A stretch of DNA of 64,000 nt from a virus, in IMG/VR virus record IMGVR_UViG_3300031576_000004, positions 32,001-96,000 of that record; one strand, given 5' to 3'. The notes under the pieces were generated by a model, which was given only the letters and a program-made list of their open reading frames with translations, was not told the DNA's origin and did not search any database. Made by a program: the position numbers and the translations under genes. Shown piece by piece: positions 35,044-47,040 of the stretch. Positions within the stretch are counted from its first letter, which is position 1; every line of letters starts with the position of its first letter.

Positions 35044-35570
35044 CTGGTGTGATGGACAGCGATGGTTCGTTCGGAATTAAGAAAGACGGCAACCATGCCA
35101 GGGCAGGCAGGAACGGGAAATCTGAACAGATAAATTATTCCTATAGAATTCGCCTGGCAATAGCACAGGTTTCTTTAGAAGCCATTGCCTTGCTGCAAAT
35201 GACATTCGGGGGATCAATCAGGAGATCAAAGCCATCAACAAAAAATGGCAAACCCATGTTCAGGCTGGATCTTTTTGATCGAAGGGCCGAAACCGCGACA
35301 AGAGCTCTCCTGCCTTATTTGCGCATAAAGAAGCGCCAAGCAGAACTGCTTCTCGAAGTTCGAAAAATCAAGAAACAAGGACTAAAAGGAATTCATCTTG
35401 ATCGCGCAAAAACCAGATGGGGAAAGATTGCGCTTTTCAAGCGACGCTGTTGGTCAAATGAACAGGTCAACGCGATGGATTCCATCAGAGCGCAGGTTAT
35501 GTCTCTTAATGACTGCAGGAGACATCGTCGGTTCCAACCAAAAAGAATTCCACATGTTGTGCATACATAG
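35007..35570 (+). CDS. LAGLIDADG homing endonuclease (single motif)
   Basis: LAYLAGVMDSDGSF; LLPYLRIKKRQAELL. Confidence 0.85.
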   Translation: MQKKKKEILAYLAGVMDSDGSFGIKKDGNHARAGRNGKSEQINYSYRIRLAIAQVSLEAIALLQMTFGGSIRRSKPSTKNGKPMFRLDLFDRRAETATRALLPYLRIKKRQAELLLEVRKIKKQGLKGIHLDRAKTRWGKIALFKRRCWSNEQVNAMDSIRAQVMSLNDCRRHRRFQPKRIPHVVHT

Positions 35571-35579
35571 GCGGAATCG

Positions 35580-35867
35580 ATGAGCAAAGGAAAAGATTTT
35601 AAATTCCTCGGAACTATGGGCGGAATCCATATCGACGACTGGAGCTTGACACTGTGGGGCTGGATTGAAGGCGCGGATTCGTGGATGCCAATATGTCATG
35701 GCAACGACGTAAACGAAATGGTCGATTACTACGAAGGCAGAGTCACGGCAGACGAACGAATCGTTAGTGTTTTCGCAATAAGCCCGCGCCCAGGAAAAGA
35801 TTGGAAGCCTGAAGGACTTATGATTATCAGGATTGGAGATAACCCTCTTCCATTGGTGGTCATATGA
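35580..35867 (+). CDS. Hypothetical protein, tandem paralog 1
   Basis: WSLTLWG...FAIS...PLPLVVI. Confidence 0.6.
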   Translation: MSKGKDFKFLGTMGGIHIDDWSLTLWGWIEGADSWMPICHGNDVNEMVDYYEGRVTADERIVSVFAISPRPGKDWKPEGLMIIRIGDNPLPLVVI

Positions 35868-36145
35868 AAAAGGACTGGACTCTAACTCTCTGGGGATTCC
35901 ATTCTCAATATGGCCATTGGGCTCCGCTAGTCCACGGCTACACCGAAGCTTCAGTGATTGGCGATCTGGACGAATACCCAGATGAATCGCTTGAGCTGTA
36001 TTCCTATTTCGCCATCTCTAAATATAAAGAGGGATGGGACAGGATAGACGGAGATTCCCCAGACAGGTGGCGAGCGCATATCTATGCAAACGTGTTCATT
36101 AAGAACAAGAAGGCCAACAGCCCTCTTCCGCTAGTGATCATATGA
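35864..36145 (+). CDS. Hypothetical protein, tandem paralog 2
   Basis: WTLTLWG...FAIS...PLPLVII. Confidence 0.6.
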   Translation: MKKDWTLTLWGFHSQYGHWAPLVHGYTEASVIGDLDEYPDESLELYSYFAISKYKEGWDRIDGDSPDRWRAHIYANVFIKNKKANSPLPLVII

Positions 36146-36435
36146 GCCAAGATCCACCAAGTTTGATATACATGACTCTTTGGGGGTATTCCATTCAGTC
36201 CCAGGTCTGGCAACCGATGTCGGATGGATTTAGCAACTCTATGGAGTCCTTTATAAATAGAGTCTTTGATCCATTAGGCTACAAATCTCTGGAAGACAAA
36301 TACTCTGAATTTGCCATATCTTCTGGGAAAGTAGTCGATGATGGATCTGGGAATACAGAGCTTAGTAGAAACATCCCAAAGAATTATGTTTACCTGGTAC
36401 GAATGCCAGATTGCCCCATCCCATTACAAGTTTAA
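36142..36435 (+). CDS. Hypothetical protein, tandem paralog 3
   Basis: MTLWG...FAIS...PIPLQV. Confidence 0.6.
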   Translation: MSQDPPSLIYMTLWGYSIQSQVWQPMSDGFSNSMESFINRVFDPLGYKSLEDKYSEFAISSGKVVDDGSGNTELSRNIPKNYVYLVRMPDCPIPLQV

Positions 36436-37874
36436 TAGGAGCGCAAATGCTTGAGATTCTCAAGTTCGTGTTCTCGTCCTTCTGGATCTGGCTTGGCACC
36501 GCTGTTTTCCTTGGCATCATTGCTGAGGGGCTTAGCGGGATGGTCAGGAGATTCACAAAGTGATCGCCGACTTCCTGCGTAAGCTTGCCTCGTGCCTTGA
36601 TGGCAAGACCTACGTATATACAGAAACGACCTACACATGGGACGAAGCAAACAAACACTTCGACAAAGTGTGGGTCCATTTCGACGCTGCCTTTGCTGAA
36701 ATGCATAAGGCTTTCGACACAATACGCAAACAACCACATAAAAAGGAATAAATCATGCAGGAAATGAAAGAGTTCAAGCCAGAGATGCATCGAAGCTACC
36801 TGATTCAGAGACTGGTTAAACCTCATGCACTCTCAATGAAGATCGGCGGGAAGCAGATCGACAACCCATTCTGTTTTGGTGGTGGACTCGTAAATGGCGG
36901 TCTTTCTGATAAAGCCATGGACCTTTTCAGGGAGATCTTCTCATTCGACTATATGGGAGCAGCAGAATTTGAATTTGGATCTATCCCAGCAGCGTTTAAC
37001 GCAATCGCAAAAGAAATCAAGAAATACACCACATTCACGATTAGCCTAAAGCGCTCGGATCTCGGCAGACCTAGCTGGCTAAGTTGGGGACCAGCAAACG
37101 AACAGCTTGAAAAAGATAAGGCTTTTACGGAAATTCGGAAAGGATCAGCCGAGATCTACGTGTTTTGCCGCAAAGAACATGAAGAAGAGGTCCGCAAGCG
37201 CCTTCTTAAGATGGCACATGGCAAAGAGAGAGACACGAAAGAATATGTCGGACTGAGGGAGTCCATACTTCCTGACCCTACCTCTACATCTCGCCATAAT
37301 CCGCATGGATGGATTGAAATTGATAATGGTTTCATGTTCTTCACAGACAAAGAGATGGCTACAAAGACTTGCGGTCTTTTTGGCCTCAAGCTTTCACCAC
37401 ATTAAATAAGGAGTAATCAATGTTCACCACCTGGTGCAACGTGGACGGGTGCCGCACCCGCTACAAGGGCAACGACAGGCCGAAGGACAGCTACACCTGC
37501 AACAAGCACAAGAGGCTCAAGGCCCGTGCGCCGAAGCAGAAGGCCTACGCCGAGAAGGACGCGGCAAACAAGCTCGCTGCCGAGCAGGCTGGGATCATGG
37601 TCGTCGAGCCGCCCGCCTAGATAGCGGTATAAGAGCATAGAGACAAATCTAACTACACAAAGGAGGATCTATGACAGACTCAATGCCGATCTCTGCCAAT
37701 ATCCTCAGGCTTATGAGGATGCCTACCCAAAAGGAAGCCGACCACAGGATCAAAGCAGATAACTTCCTTCGGGCCAAGATCGCCCATATCACCATGCTCA
37801 AAAAGGATGGCGAGATGGTGTCCTTTGCGGATATGTATCCCCATGACAAAGACCAAATGGATCTGTGATCCAAG

Positions 37875-37901
37875 GCGCGGGCTAACAACCCGCGCTTTTT
37901 T
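37875..37901 (+). terminator. Intrinsic terminator
   Basis: GCGCGGG/CCCGCGC stem plus T6. Confidence 0.65.
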
Positions 37902-39494
37902 AAATAGGAGAATTAATGCCGTACACAACGGTTACTGATAAAGACGGAAAGAAACATCGACTTAAGCATATGTCCAAAAAAGAAATGAAAGCCCATGGGA
38001 AGCAGAGCGATGGCATGCACCGCGTATGGCATATCTTTAACAAAGAGATCCGCCCTAACGGAAAGTGGATGTACATTGGGTCAGACCTAGAAGACAAGGT
38101 CGAGGAATTCGCTAAGCGATTCCCGAATGATGTCTTTGTTAGCTACTGCGACGACACCACCTTCTGCTCTTCCACCATCGCTTTGTTTGAGCATAAGTGC
38201 GCCACTAAATACATGGGCACAAGCATGCTCCTAATTCCCCAGCACGATGGAGAGCCAAGCGAAGTATTCCTATACCCAGGACATCAGCTTGGATTAATCC
38301 GTAGTCTGCAGGCGCTTGGAAAGCTTCCTGGGAATAAGACAATCTACGGGCTCTATCATAAATCTGTGGGTATGAATAAATTCAGGCATATCTATGATTT
38401 CGAGACCAGAAAGAAAGCAGCAGCTGGCCTTAAGTCTGTCCAGAAGGCTTCAAAGGTTAAGGCTGACAAGACCCAGTGGAGACTCAAGGCATTCGTGGGC
38501 AAGCGCCCAGATTTGGAGATCAAGTGATTACTGAGAAACAATTCAAGGCTTACGTGAAGGTGCAGATGTCAGGTGTAACCAATATGTTCGACCTGCGCAC
38601 GGTCGAAGCGCTCTCAGGCCTTGAAAAGGATGAGATCGAAGAGATCATGGCTAACTACGATGAACTGGATAAGAAGTATGGAACGCCGGTCTAATGCTAA
38701 AACTGTTTTGCAACAAGTGTGAAAAGCCACTCGAATATGATGTCAAGAGGTGGGGCAATCTAACGCTTGTCCCAAAGTATTCTTCAGTCCTTCTGATGAA
38801 CACTAATCACGACATGCCTGGAATGGCCACAGACAGATCCATTATGGTTAACGATCTCATGAAGGCAGACTGCATCCGTCTATGCAATAAATGCACCATG
38901 GATGTGAATGATTGGATCAATGGGGACAGCAAGACCTTAGTAACCAAACCAGGCTTCCAAGACATTGGGAATAAGGTTGGGCTGAAAGAGAAGACCTATT
39001 CACATGCCAAACAATATAGAGAGCTTGAGCTTGTGCGTGAAGAGCTCAGACGCATTCGAGCTGATATGGTCGAGGGCAACTATTCCAAGAAAGACGCGGC
39101 TGGCTTCACTCTAGAACACCAACTCAAAGACCTTATCGGAGCGCTTGCACAGCGCCCCTATCCAACGGAAAGATTCGGAGATATAGAGGTCGGCTTCAAA
39201 CAAATCACAGAGGACGCCACAGCTCTTCTGGATAATTTCAGAAAGCTGCCTATCCATGTGAATTATTGGCGCTGGAAGAGAATTCCCGCCAATTTGACCC
39301 ACGATACTCGCACATGGAAAAGGTGTGGCGACGGCGGCACAGGCAAGGTTAGAAGCTTCTTGAGAATGTCTGAGGCTAAAAGAGATCTTAATAAGAATAG
39401 AAACGGAAGGTTTAGCAGCAAGCATTGCGCTTTTATGATGCGCACATATCGTCCTGGACAAGAGATCCTCGACACAATACCGTGTAAGTAATAT

Positions 39495-39648
39495 TGGTGG
39501 CGGCGGCTGGACAGCCTAGCGGTGTAATAGCCGTAGAACATAGTCCAGATTGTTGACAGAACGGCCGAACCTTGGTAGGCCGCGTATGAACAAGAGCAGG
39601 GGGACAAGGTTAGCCATGCGCGCAGGAGTAGCGTCCTGCCCGCCACCA
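39495..39648 (+). ncRNA. tRNA-like RNA without a canonical anticodon arm
   Basis: TGGTGGCGG/CCGCCACCA closing stem; T-arm GCAGG-AGTAGCGT-CCTGC; both ends resemble 50332-50479. Confidence 0.65.
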
Positions 39649-42600
39649 TTCAACTCAAGGAGACAAATGATCGAACTTCCAAAGGTTCCTAAAGGCTTTA
39701 AGCTAATGTTCTGCCGATGCAAAACCAAAGGCTGCAAGCGAGTATATTCTCGAGTTTATCAACCATATTCTTTGGGGAGCCCAATTCTAACAACGCCATG
39801 CGGCCACAGTATTGGACATCAAGATTACAACTTAGTGGAAATCACCAGAAAGCAATTTGAGCTTGTGGAAGGCAGACGACTAAGGCAGCTAAAGCTCGCT
39901 GGATACCAGATGACAGAGAAAGGGTTTTAATGCGCTTCGCAAGAAAGATAAGTAAATTCAAAGCAATCGAGTTAGATGTCCTGCAGTTCAGGTGGTCTAA
40001 GACCGCCCAGGTCTTCACGCCATTCTGCCTGGACTGCAATCTCCATTACAGGGGAGATCATAGTCCATCGTTCTATATCCAGTGCGTCCTGTTGAATATC
40101 AACCTCATCGAATTCAGCTGGCACGACATTAGGCACGAGGAGGATCTTGATGACAGCTTCGACGTCCACGATTAAGTTCAAACCGCATTACTCAGGTCCA
40201 TTATCCAGGAAGTTCTGGAGCCAGGTTAATTCTGTTAAGGGCTCAGCGTGGGGACCAATGTATACGCTTGGCTGCGCCCTGCAGAATCTCGAAGGCCAAG
40301 TGCTTAGAGAGCTAGCGGAGCTTCCTAAGGGCAAGAACCGCGAAGCAGCCATGCGTAGGTGGTGTGATAAGCGATCCTTTTCAATAATTGTGGAGGAGTT
40401 AGGTGGGAAAAATAATAAAAATCGTGAAACGCGACGTTATGGCCCTCAAGGATCTTGCAGAAAGAGCTGATGCTATCCATAAAAGCATAGCGACCACATA
40501 CCATAACGCAGACCCAAAAGTATTAGGTGAAGAAGACTGCTTTGAGCTTCAGGTCGATCTAGAGCAAATTCAAAAATGCTCGGATCACCTTTACGAAAAG
40601 TTCTGCCGCTAATGGCTACATCACCAAAGATTGATTGCACGGATCTTGCATTAAAGATAGATCATATCGAACGCGAGTGTCACGCCCGCGGCTTCCACAT
40701 CACAGGCCATGCTCTCAATGCAGCCAAGAATAAACTTGGCTATGAGACTGTCTACAAGCTGACAGGCAAGCTTGAGAATCTAGATGCTGAAGGCCGCCCG
40801 ACTCGTTAGGTGGATCCTCAAGTGGCGATGCTGGCCTAATTATCACGACTATGACTTCAAGCGTTCCGCATCATGCAATAGATGCGGATTTATTTCGTTG
40901 TCGAGTCTTTATCTGTACCAACATGCCCACTGGGAAGACCACAAATGGCTATTAGGAGGATGGTGATGAAGAAGCTTGAATATGTGTTGTTTGTGCTTGG
41001 GATCTTAATGATATGGTACGGAAGCTTTACTGCTATTACCAACAAACTAGATCATATCGAATCCATGGTAAATATAGAGGCTGATTGCATCAAGGAACAG
41101 AACAAGCTTCTCCGTAGGGGCATTAATCTCATGGGAGGAGGACAGGAAGAGCATGGCCAAGAAAAGCCCGCCAAAGACGCTAGATAAGTACGCCATTAAA
41201 TATAAAGTCGAGACATGGGATCCGCCGCTTTCTTGCGAAGAGGCTCGGGAGCAGGCAGAGAAGCATGGGTGGGGAAGCACTCACGCCATGTTTATGGCCT
41301 CTATTCTTTATCCACCGAATGGCGCTTTGAGCGTTCAGTTCATGTCTAGAGACGGGCGCAATGCCGGCAAGGAGCTAGAGGATAATGAGTGGGTTAAAGT
41401 CTGGTTCCTATTAGGCCAAAGGCTGTCAGCATCTAAGACTCTGCCAGAGTTCAAGAAGCTGCTGTGCGAGAAAGTCACAGAGGCGGCTAGAGAGGTTCTA
41501 TTCGATGGCCATAAGTGCAAAGGCTTAGATTGCGCAACCAACGGTTATCACAATAAAGATAACCATGACTTCGGTGGCTAATGGATATCACTAGCTCTGA
41601 TAATGCGGCCAGAGTTGAAGAGCTTACTATTGAGAACACATTGCTCGAAAGACAAGTTGCAAGGCTTGAAGCAGAAGCCGGCGTATATAAGGCTGAGTTC
41701 TATTTTGAGATGCAGAAGTTGCTCAGAAAGATCTTGTCTGGAGATGTCCGCAATTGGCGAGACGAATACTTTAAACACGTTCGAGCTCTCCAGAAAACAT
41801 GCCGGCGAGTTAGCGCTGCAATAAAAGACATTGATGATCCCAGGCTAGACCAGGCTAAGAGGGATCTCGGAAAGGTGCTATCTGGTGAGTACGGAAAAGA
41901 CCCAGCCGAAGACTGACATGGCCACTGGCGGATTTACTGCGGCGCAAATTCATAAAATGCCGCTAAGATCTCTAAGGCCTATCTTGGTCATAACTAATAT
42001 CAAGGAGGAACCAATCACTATTCCAGAGGAATACGTAACGTCTCTAGAGAACGCCAGGACGTTCCTTCAGGGCATACTGGCCAATACAAAGCTTCCAATA
42101 AAGATGCGCAAAGAGGCCAGAGCCAGGCTAAAGCATTTACCATCACACATGGATCTTGTAGTCCGCGGCGACGAAATAATTACAGCCGCAAGGGAGTTAT
42201 ATGATCGACGAAAGCAAGCTGCAAATGATCGAGAGCTCCGCGTGTAGCAGGAGCGTAAGTCATCCGCACATGGCTGGAGATACAGACGCAATCTGCCAGC
42301 TCGTGCACGACTACAAACAGCTCAAGGAAGCCGCTGCAAAGGTAATGTTCTCTATCGATGAGCGCATCGAACATTGCTGCGGGAGCGATGAGGCGCAGGC
42401 CCCTAGCTTCTGTGAGAGCTATGGCTGCAGCACTCTTAGAACCTTAGAGAAACCTTTGGTGGAGGCAATGAAGTGAAGAGAAAGCAGAAGAAGGCCCACA
42501 AGGAGCTACCTAAAGAGGCGGTCCTAACTGTCCTAGAAGAAGTAAATTCGTATATTGAATCTGCAATTCACGAGATCCCTAATGAAATGTTTGACAACAA

Positions 42601-42720
42601 TTCTCCTTATGGGAAAAGCCTAAGCGAACTCAGGAGCAAACTCTTTGAAGCTCAGGTCGAATATCTAGAAGATCTGAAAGGCACGATCGAGGATGCACTG
42701 CAAGAAGAACAGGACGCGGC

Positions 42721-43176
42721 TTGAAGCTAGTAAATAAGGACATATGGGAGTCAAAAGACAGCGTTATCGCTGTGACCACCAACAGCTTCATAAAGAAGTC
42801 TGGCGATCTGGTTATGGGCCGCGGAGCTGCCTACGAGGCCATGCAGAGATTCCCGTGGCTACCTAAGATCGCCGGCGACCAAATCCTGAAGCATTACAAA
42901 CATCTTGGCGTGTATCACTGGATGGTTCTCGGTCCAATGGGCAATGCACAGGACAGAAGCATTGGCCTATTCCAGGTTAAATACCACTTCAGGGATGCTG
43001 CTAGCCTGCAGCTCATAAAAGAATCTGTGGATAAACTTAATGAATGGGTCCGGATTTCTGATAGAACCGTCTCCCTGAATTTCCCTGGAATAGGGAATGG
43101 CGGGCTTTCGATTGATACCGTACTGCCAGTTGTTTCAAATCTTGATGAAAGGGTTACTGTTTACAAGTGGCCTTGA
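42721..43176 (+). CDS. Macro-domain-like (ADP-ribose processing) protein
   Basis: VTTN...LVMGRGAA...FP; FQVK; FPGIGNGGL. Confidence 0.75.
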   Translation: MKLVNKDIWESKDSVIAVTTNSFIKKSGDLVMGRGAAYEAMQRFPWLPKIAGDQILKHYKHLGVYHWMVLGPMGNAQDRSIGLFQVKYHFRDAASLQLIKESVDKLNEWVRISDRTVSLNFPGIGNGGLSIDTVLPVVSNLDERVTVYKWP

Positions 43177-43201
43177 CTCAATGAAGTGGTCTCGATATAA
43201 T
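43173..43201 (+). promoter_or_regulatory. Sigma70-type promoter for a probably leaderless LAGLIDADG mRNA
   Basis: TTGACT-17 nt-TATAAT, with ATG 6 nt downstream. Confidence 0.65.
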
Positions 43202-43207
43202 GGCTGA

Positions 43208-43981
43208 ATGAAAGCATTCAACATGTCGACGCCAGAGGTTTCTTACTTCTTTGGATTTGCCCAAGCAGACGGGCATCTAGAAGATGGCGCTGGGAACAAG
43301 GGTAGATTCAGGATAGAGATTTCAGCGGAAGACAAATGCATCCTTGAAGCGTTCGCAAAGATAATACCAGCATATACTTCTATCACTGAACGAACGAGAG
43401 ACACTAACTTCAAGAAGGCATCACGTTTAGCGGCATTGGCCGCATACGACCTTGCGTTTAGAGATAGACTGAAATCTCTTGGATTTCCGGCTGGCCGCAA
43501 ATCAAATATCGTCTCAATGCCGGCAGAAGCTATAGAGAAGGATTATCTTCGAGGCTTTGTTGATGCTGATGGCTCTGTTGGGCTAACGCGTGCAAGCATA
43601 CCATTCATAAGCCTATGCACAAGCAGCGAATACATTAAAGACAGCTTTCTGGCATATACCAACAAACTAACTGGCAGGATAAGGCGGCCAGGCAGAAACA
43701 AACGAGACAATATATACAATATTTGCGTGTTTCTGGAAGACGCTCAATTGCTCATCAAGGATCTCTACTACGAAGGGGCATTGGCGCTGCCTAGGAAGGC
43801 CGCTAGCGCACGATCGGCCCTTGCCTGGTCCAGAGAGCCAGGGACGACTCGCCGGTTCAAGATGGCCTGGATTCGGGCCGAAGACGCAACGGTATTAGCT
43901 AACAATAATGCAAAAGCAGCCGAGCTACTCAATAGAACAGTAAGAAGCGTAAAAATGAGGAGATGGAGATTAAATGCCTAA
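43208..43981 (+). CDS. LAGLIDADG homing endonuclease (double motif)
   Basis: YFFGFAQADG and YLRGFVDADG. Confidence 0.88.
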   Translation: MKAFNMSTPEVSYFFGFAQADGHLEDGAGNKGRFRIEISAEDKCILEAFAKIIPAYTSITERTRDTNFKKASRLAALAAYDLAFRDRLKSLGFPAGRKSNIVSMPAEAIEKDYLRGFVDADGSVGLTRASIPFISLCTSSEYIKDSFLAYTNKLTGRIRRPGRNKRDNIYNICVFLEDAQLLIKDLYYEGALALPRKAASARSALAWSREPGTTRRFKMAWIRAEDATVLANNNAKAAELLNRTVRSVKMRRWRLNA

Positions 43982-44870
43982 GACACCAGTTAAAATTTCT
44001 TATGATTCTTATGACATTCCAATTGTATGGCTAACTTGGGGTCTTCGTTATAACGGCCTAACAGAGATTTGTTCTGTCAGTCTATCGCCAAATCACCGCG
44101 ACTACAGCAGAAATGTAATCGAACAGATGATCGAAAATGGCACAGGGAAACATCTGAACAACCCATTTATCCGGACATGGACTGAACAGCGACAAGCAGA
44201 ACATATCTTTGGAGCGTCTCAAAATGGCGAAATGGTAGCTCTTGCCGCGATGACACAACCTAGAAGAAAGAAGAAACATGCCAAAAAGCAAATGTCAGAA
44301 TTGCCATAAAACTTTCAAACACGACGACGATTTAAACCAAATCAAGGATCTTTATCAGCGAGTGGCTCCTGGTGAACCATTCCCAAGTGGGGAGTGCCCC
44401 AGCTGTGGATGTTTATGCCAACCAATAAGCGATCTTGAACATGAAAATAACGAGCTTGCTGAGGTTAATATCTTCGAGGCTCAACAAGCCAGAAAGCTCT
44501 TAACCCTTCTAGTAGACATCAACGACGATATAAAAGAAGTCGTTGGGGACAAAAAAGAAGATGATCCTCTTAGTGAAGAGACCCGAAAAGAGCTCGACGC
44601 GGCTATATTAGGGTATAAGAGTTAACGTAACCCGTTTAACTAGGAGATCCACATGGCAGAGATGCCGAAGCTTATTCGTAATAGGTTTGGAGAGTCTGCC
44701 ACCTGGGATGCCCGCCAGAAGCCGAACAAGTTCTTTGTCGCTGAGCTGGTATTCGACCTATCTGACGGCAAGGGAATTGAAGGCCTTATTCGTAGCGCAG
44801 AATTCCCATCTGAGGAAGCCGCTCTAAACTCGTTGGAAAAGCACCTCAGAGATATTCTGGGAGAGAAGTA

Positions 44871-45358
44871 ATGAAACAACACGTTAAAGTCTATTGCAGA
44901 TCATGTAGAGGAACCGGACTATATCGCGGATTCGGAGAAAAAGAAGGGGCCGCCGTTTATGCACAACCTGCAAAGGAACTGGTTGCGATGAAATATCATA
45001 TACTGTCTTTGAAAAGAGGCGTAAGAAAGTCGGAGTTAAACGTGTCTTTAGAGCCTGTGGTTACGGATCCACACCAGTCGATCATACTGATCCTGAGACC
45101 GGCATTACCTACGAGTTCTCAAAGGCTGGCTGCTCATATAAAGAGTTCACTCAAGGCGTGCAGCCGCGACCTGTCCGTAATCAATACTGCCCTTACGTCT
45201 GGGAAAATCAACACCTACAGACAACGGATGTAAATAATCTTTATCACGATAGGTGCAGCAAGGGCATGACAGGATGCGGCTTAATTTCAGCATGCACCAA
45301 GTGGCCAGACAAAGCCAAATGCTGGGAGATCTATGAAGGCAAATCAAAGCATGCCTAA
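44871..45358 (+). pseudogene. DnaJ-type Zn-finger protein broken by a 1-nt frameshift near 44958
   Basis: CRSCRGTG in frame 0; CTTCKGTG and an open frame to 45358 in the -1 frame. Confidence 0.65.
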
Positions 45359-45600
45359 GTGGAATAAAAAGATCGACTGCTCTGGAGTCCCTCGCGTATG
45401 GGAACGCAAGGAGCGCATGAGGCGCAGAGTTCATTATCCTCCTACGCTTTATGTTAAATGCGGGGACTGTGACGAGCATTTCGAGATCAGCTGCGTAGAC
45501 TCAAAGATAGACATGATCGACGTCAACGGCGTATTAATGAACGCCGACGAGTTCTGGAAGATCATTAAGTGGGTTAAGAAAACGAAAACTAGGAGATAAA

Positions 45601-46074
45601 ATGGACACAGAGACATATACGCAAGGTCTTTACGACTTTGCCATCGAGAGCAATAAGATCGAGGGCATCAAGCTCACCTATCGCCATAAGAACCATTCAG
45701 AAGCGCTGGAGAAGTTCCTCGCGAAGGCTGAGCTTGACATCTCTGCTCTAGAAGAGTTCGTGCACGCCGTCCAGCCTCGAGGTGGCCGGTTCCGCGTTAC
45801 CGAGACGGACATGGTCCAGGTTGGCACCCACATTGCTCCTGCACCAGCCGTAATGAAGCCGATGCTTGAGGAGCTTCTAAAGGAGATCAACACGGGCTCA
45901 GTTGACGAGTGGAACGCCCATGCCCGCTATGAGGTCCTGCATCCATTTATGGATGGCAACGGCCGCAGCGGAAGGGCAATCTGGTTGTGGATGGCAATGA
46001 AGAAGGGCTGGGAGTTCAAGCTTTCATTCCTGCAGATGTATTACTACCAGACTCTCAGCAATTACAGGAAGTAA
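45601..46074 (+). CDS. Fic/Doc family protein
   Basis: HPFMDGNGRSGR catalytic motif; ESNKIEG inhibitory-like motif. Confidence 0.9.
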   Translation: MDTETYTQGLYDFAIESNKIEGIKLTYRHKNHSEALEKFLAKAELDISALEEFVHAVQPRGGRFRVTETDMVQVGTHIAPAPAVMKPMLEELLKEINTGSVDEWNAHARYEVLHPFMDGNGRSGRAIWLWMAMKKGWEFKLSFLQMYYYQTLSNYRK

Positions 46075-47040
46075 TTATGAAGTACGTTGTGTACACAGTC
46101 TTATGGGCTGCGAGTTGCGCTATTGTCGGTGCAACCCTGTGGGGATTGTCTTTTATCGTCGCATACGGAGCCCATAGTGGCTGGCTTGCTGCGAGATAAA
46201 CTAAAAGATATTAAACAATGGGTTAAAGACCCTTTAAAGTGCAAGTTTGGAAAGCATGTAGTCACAGGAGCAGAGGCCGGCGTCAATATGGACGCCAAGC
46301 ACTCAATTGATCTCTACTGTGACAAGTGCTTAGTCTTTATTCGTACCGTCAAGATGGACGATATGGATAAAGAGCAATTAGAAATCAGAACAAAGCTTCT
46401 GACTTTCGCCGAAGACCTTAGACAGCATCTCAACCAATAAATCGTTCAAACTTGGCCTGAAGCCAAGGGACGGGAGAACCACGCGTGATGGAAGTCGTTG
46501 TATTCACTAACAAGGCAAATAAGACCTGTGCCATTGTCCTCTTGGATAGCAATAACGGGAAGATCATCAAGGATGTTAGAAAGAGGCTTTGGCCAAAGAT
46601 CGCCAAGGTTATGCCCTATCATTCCAAGACAGAGCCTATTATCATCGCCACCTGCACCGAGGGCGTTGCTCGCCTTAACGTGGACAGGGTCATCAAGGAA
46701 TACCTTAAGAACAGGCGAGAGCTCATCTTCAGGAAGGTTGATATGTCCGAATTGAAGAGAAGGCCTGACCACGTCATTGCGAGGTCTTAATGATTAAAAA
46801 CAAACTAAAGTTCACAGAGGCCACCTGTGACGCCTGTAAGTCTGACCTCTTGAAGAAGTTTGGCCCTACAGGCGAGATGTATCCTCAGTATGGACAGCTC
46901 TCTTCGCACTTTGGATATGAGCATCGCTTTGATAGCATCGATACCCGCAGGATCGAGATCTGTGATCTCTGCTGGGAGAAAGCTCTTAAAGCGATCGGTC
47001 TCGACCCAATGGATTACACCGGATGAAAGGAGATGAATTC

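Noticed and set aside
35007-35570. Group I intron or intein around the LAGLIDADG ORF
   Set aside because: The flanking ORFs appear complete and unrelated, and no intein C/HN ends or intron core were recognised.
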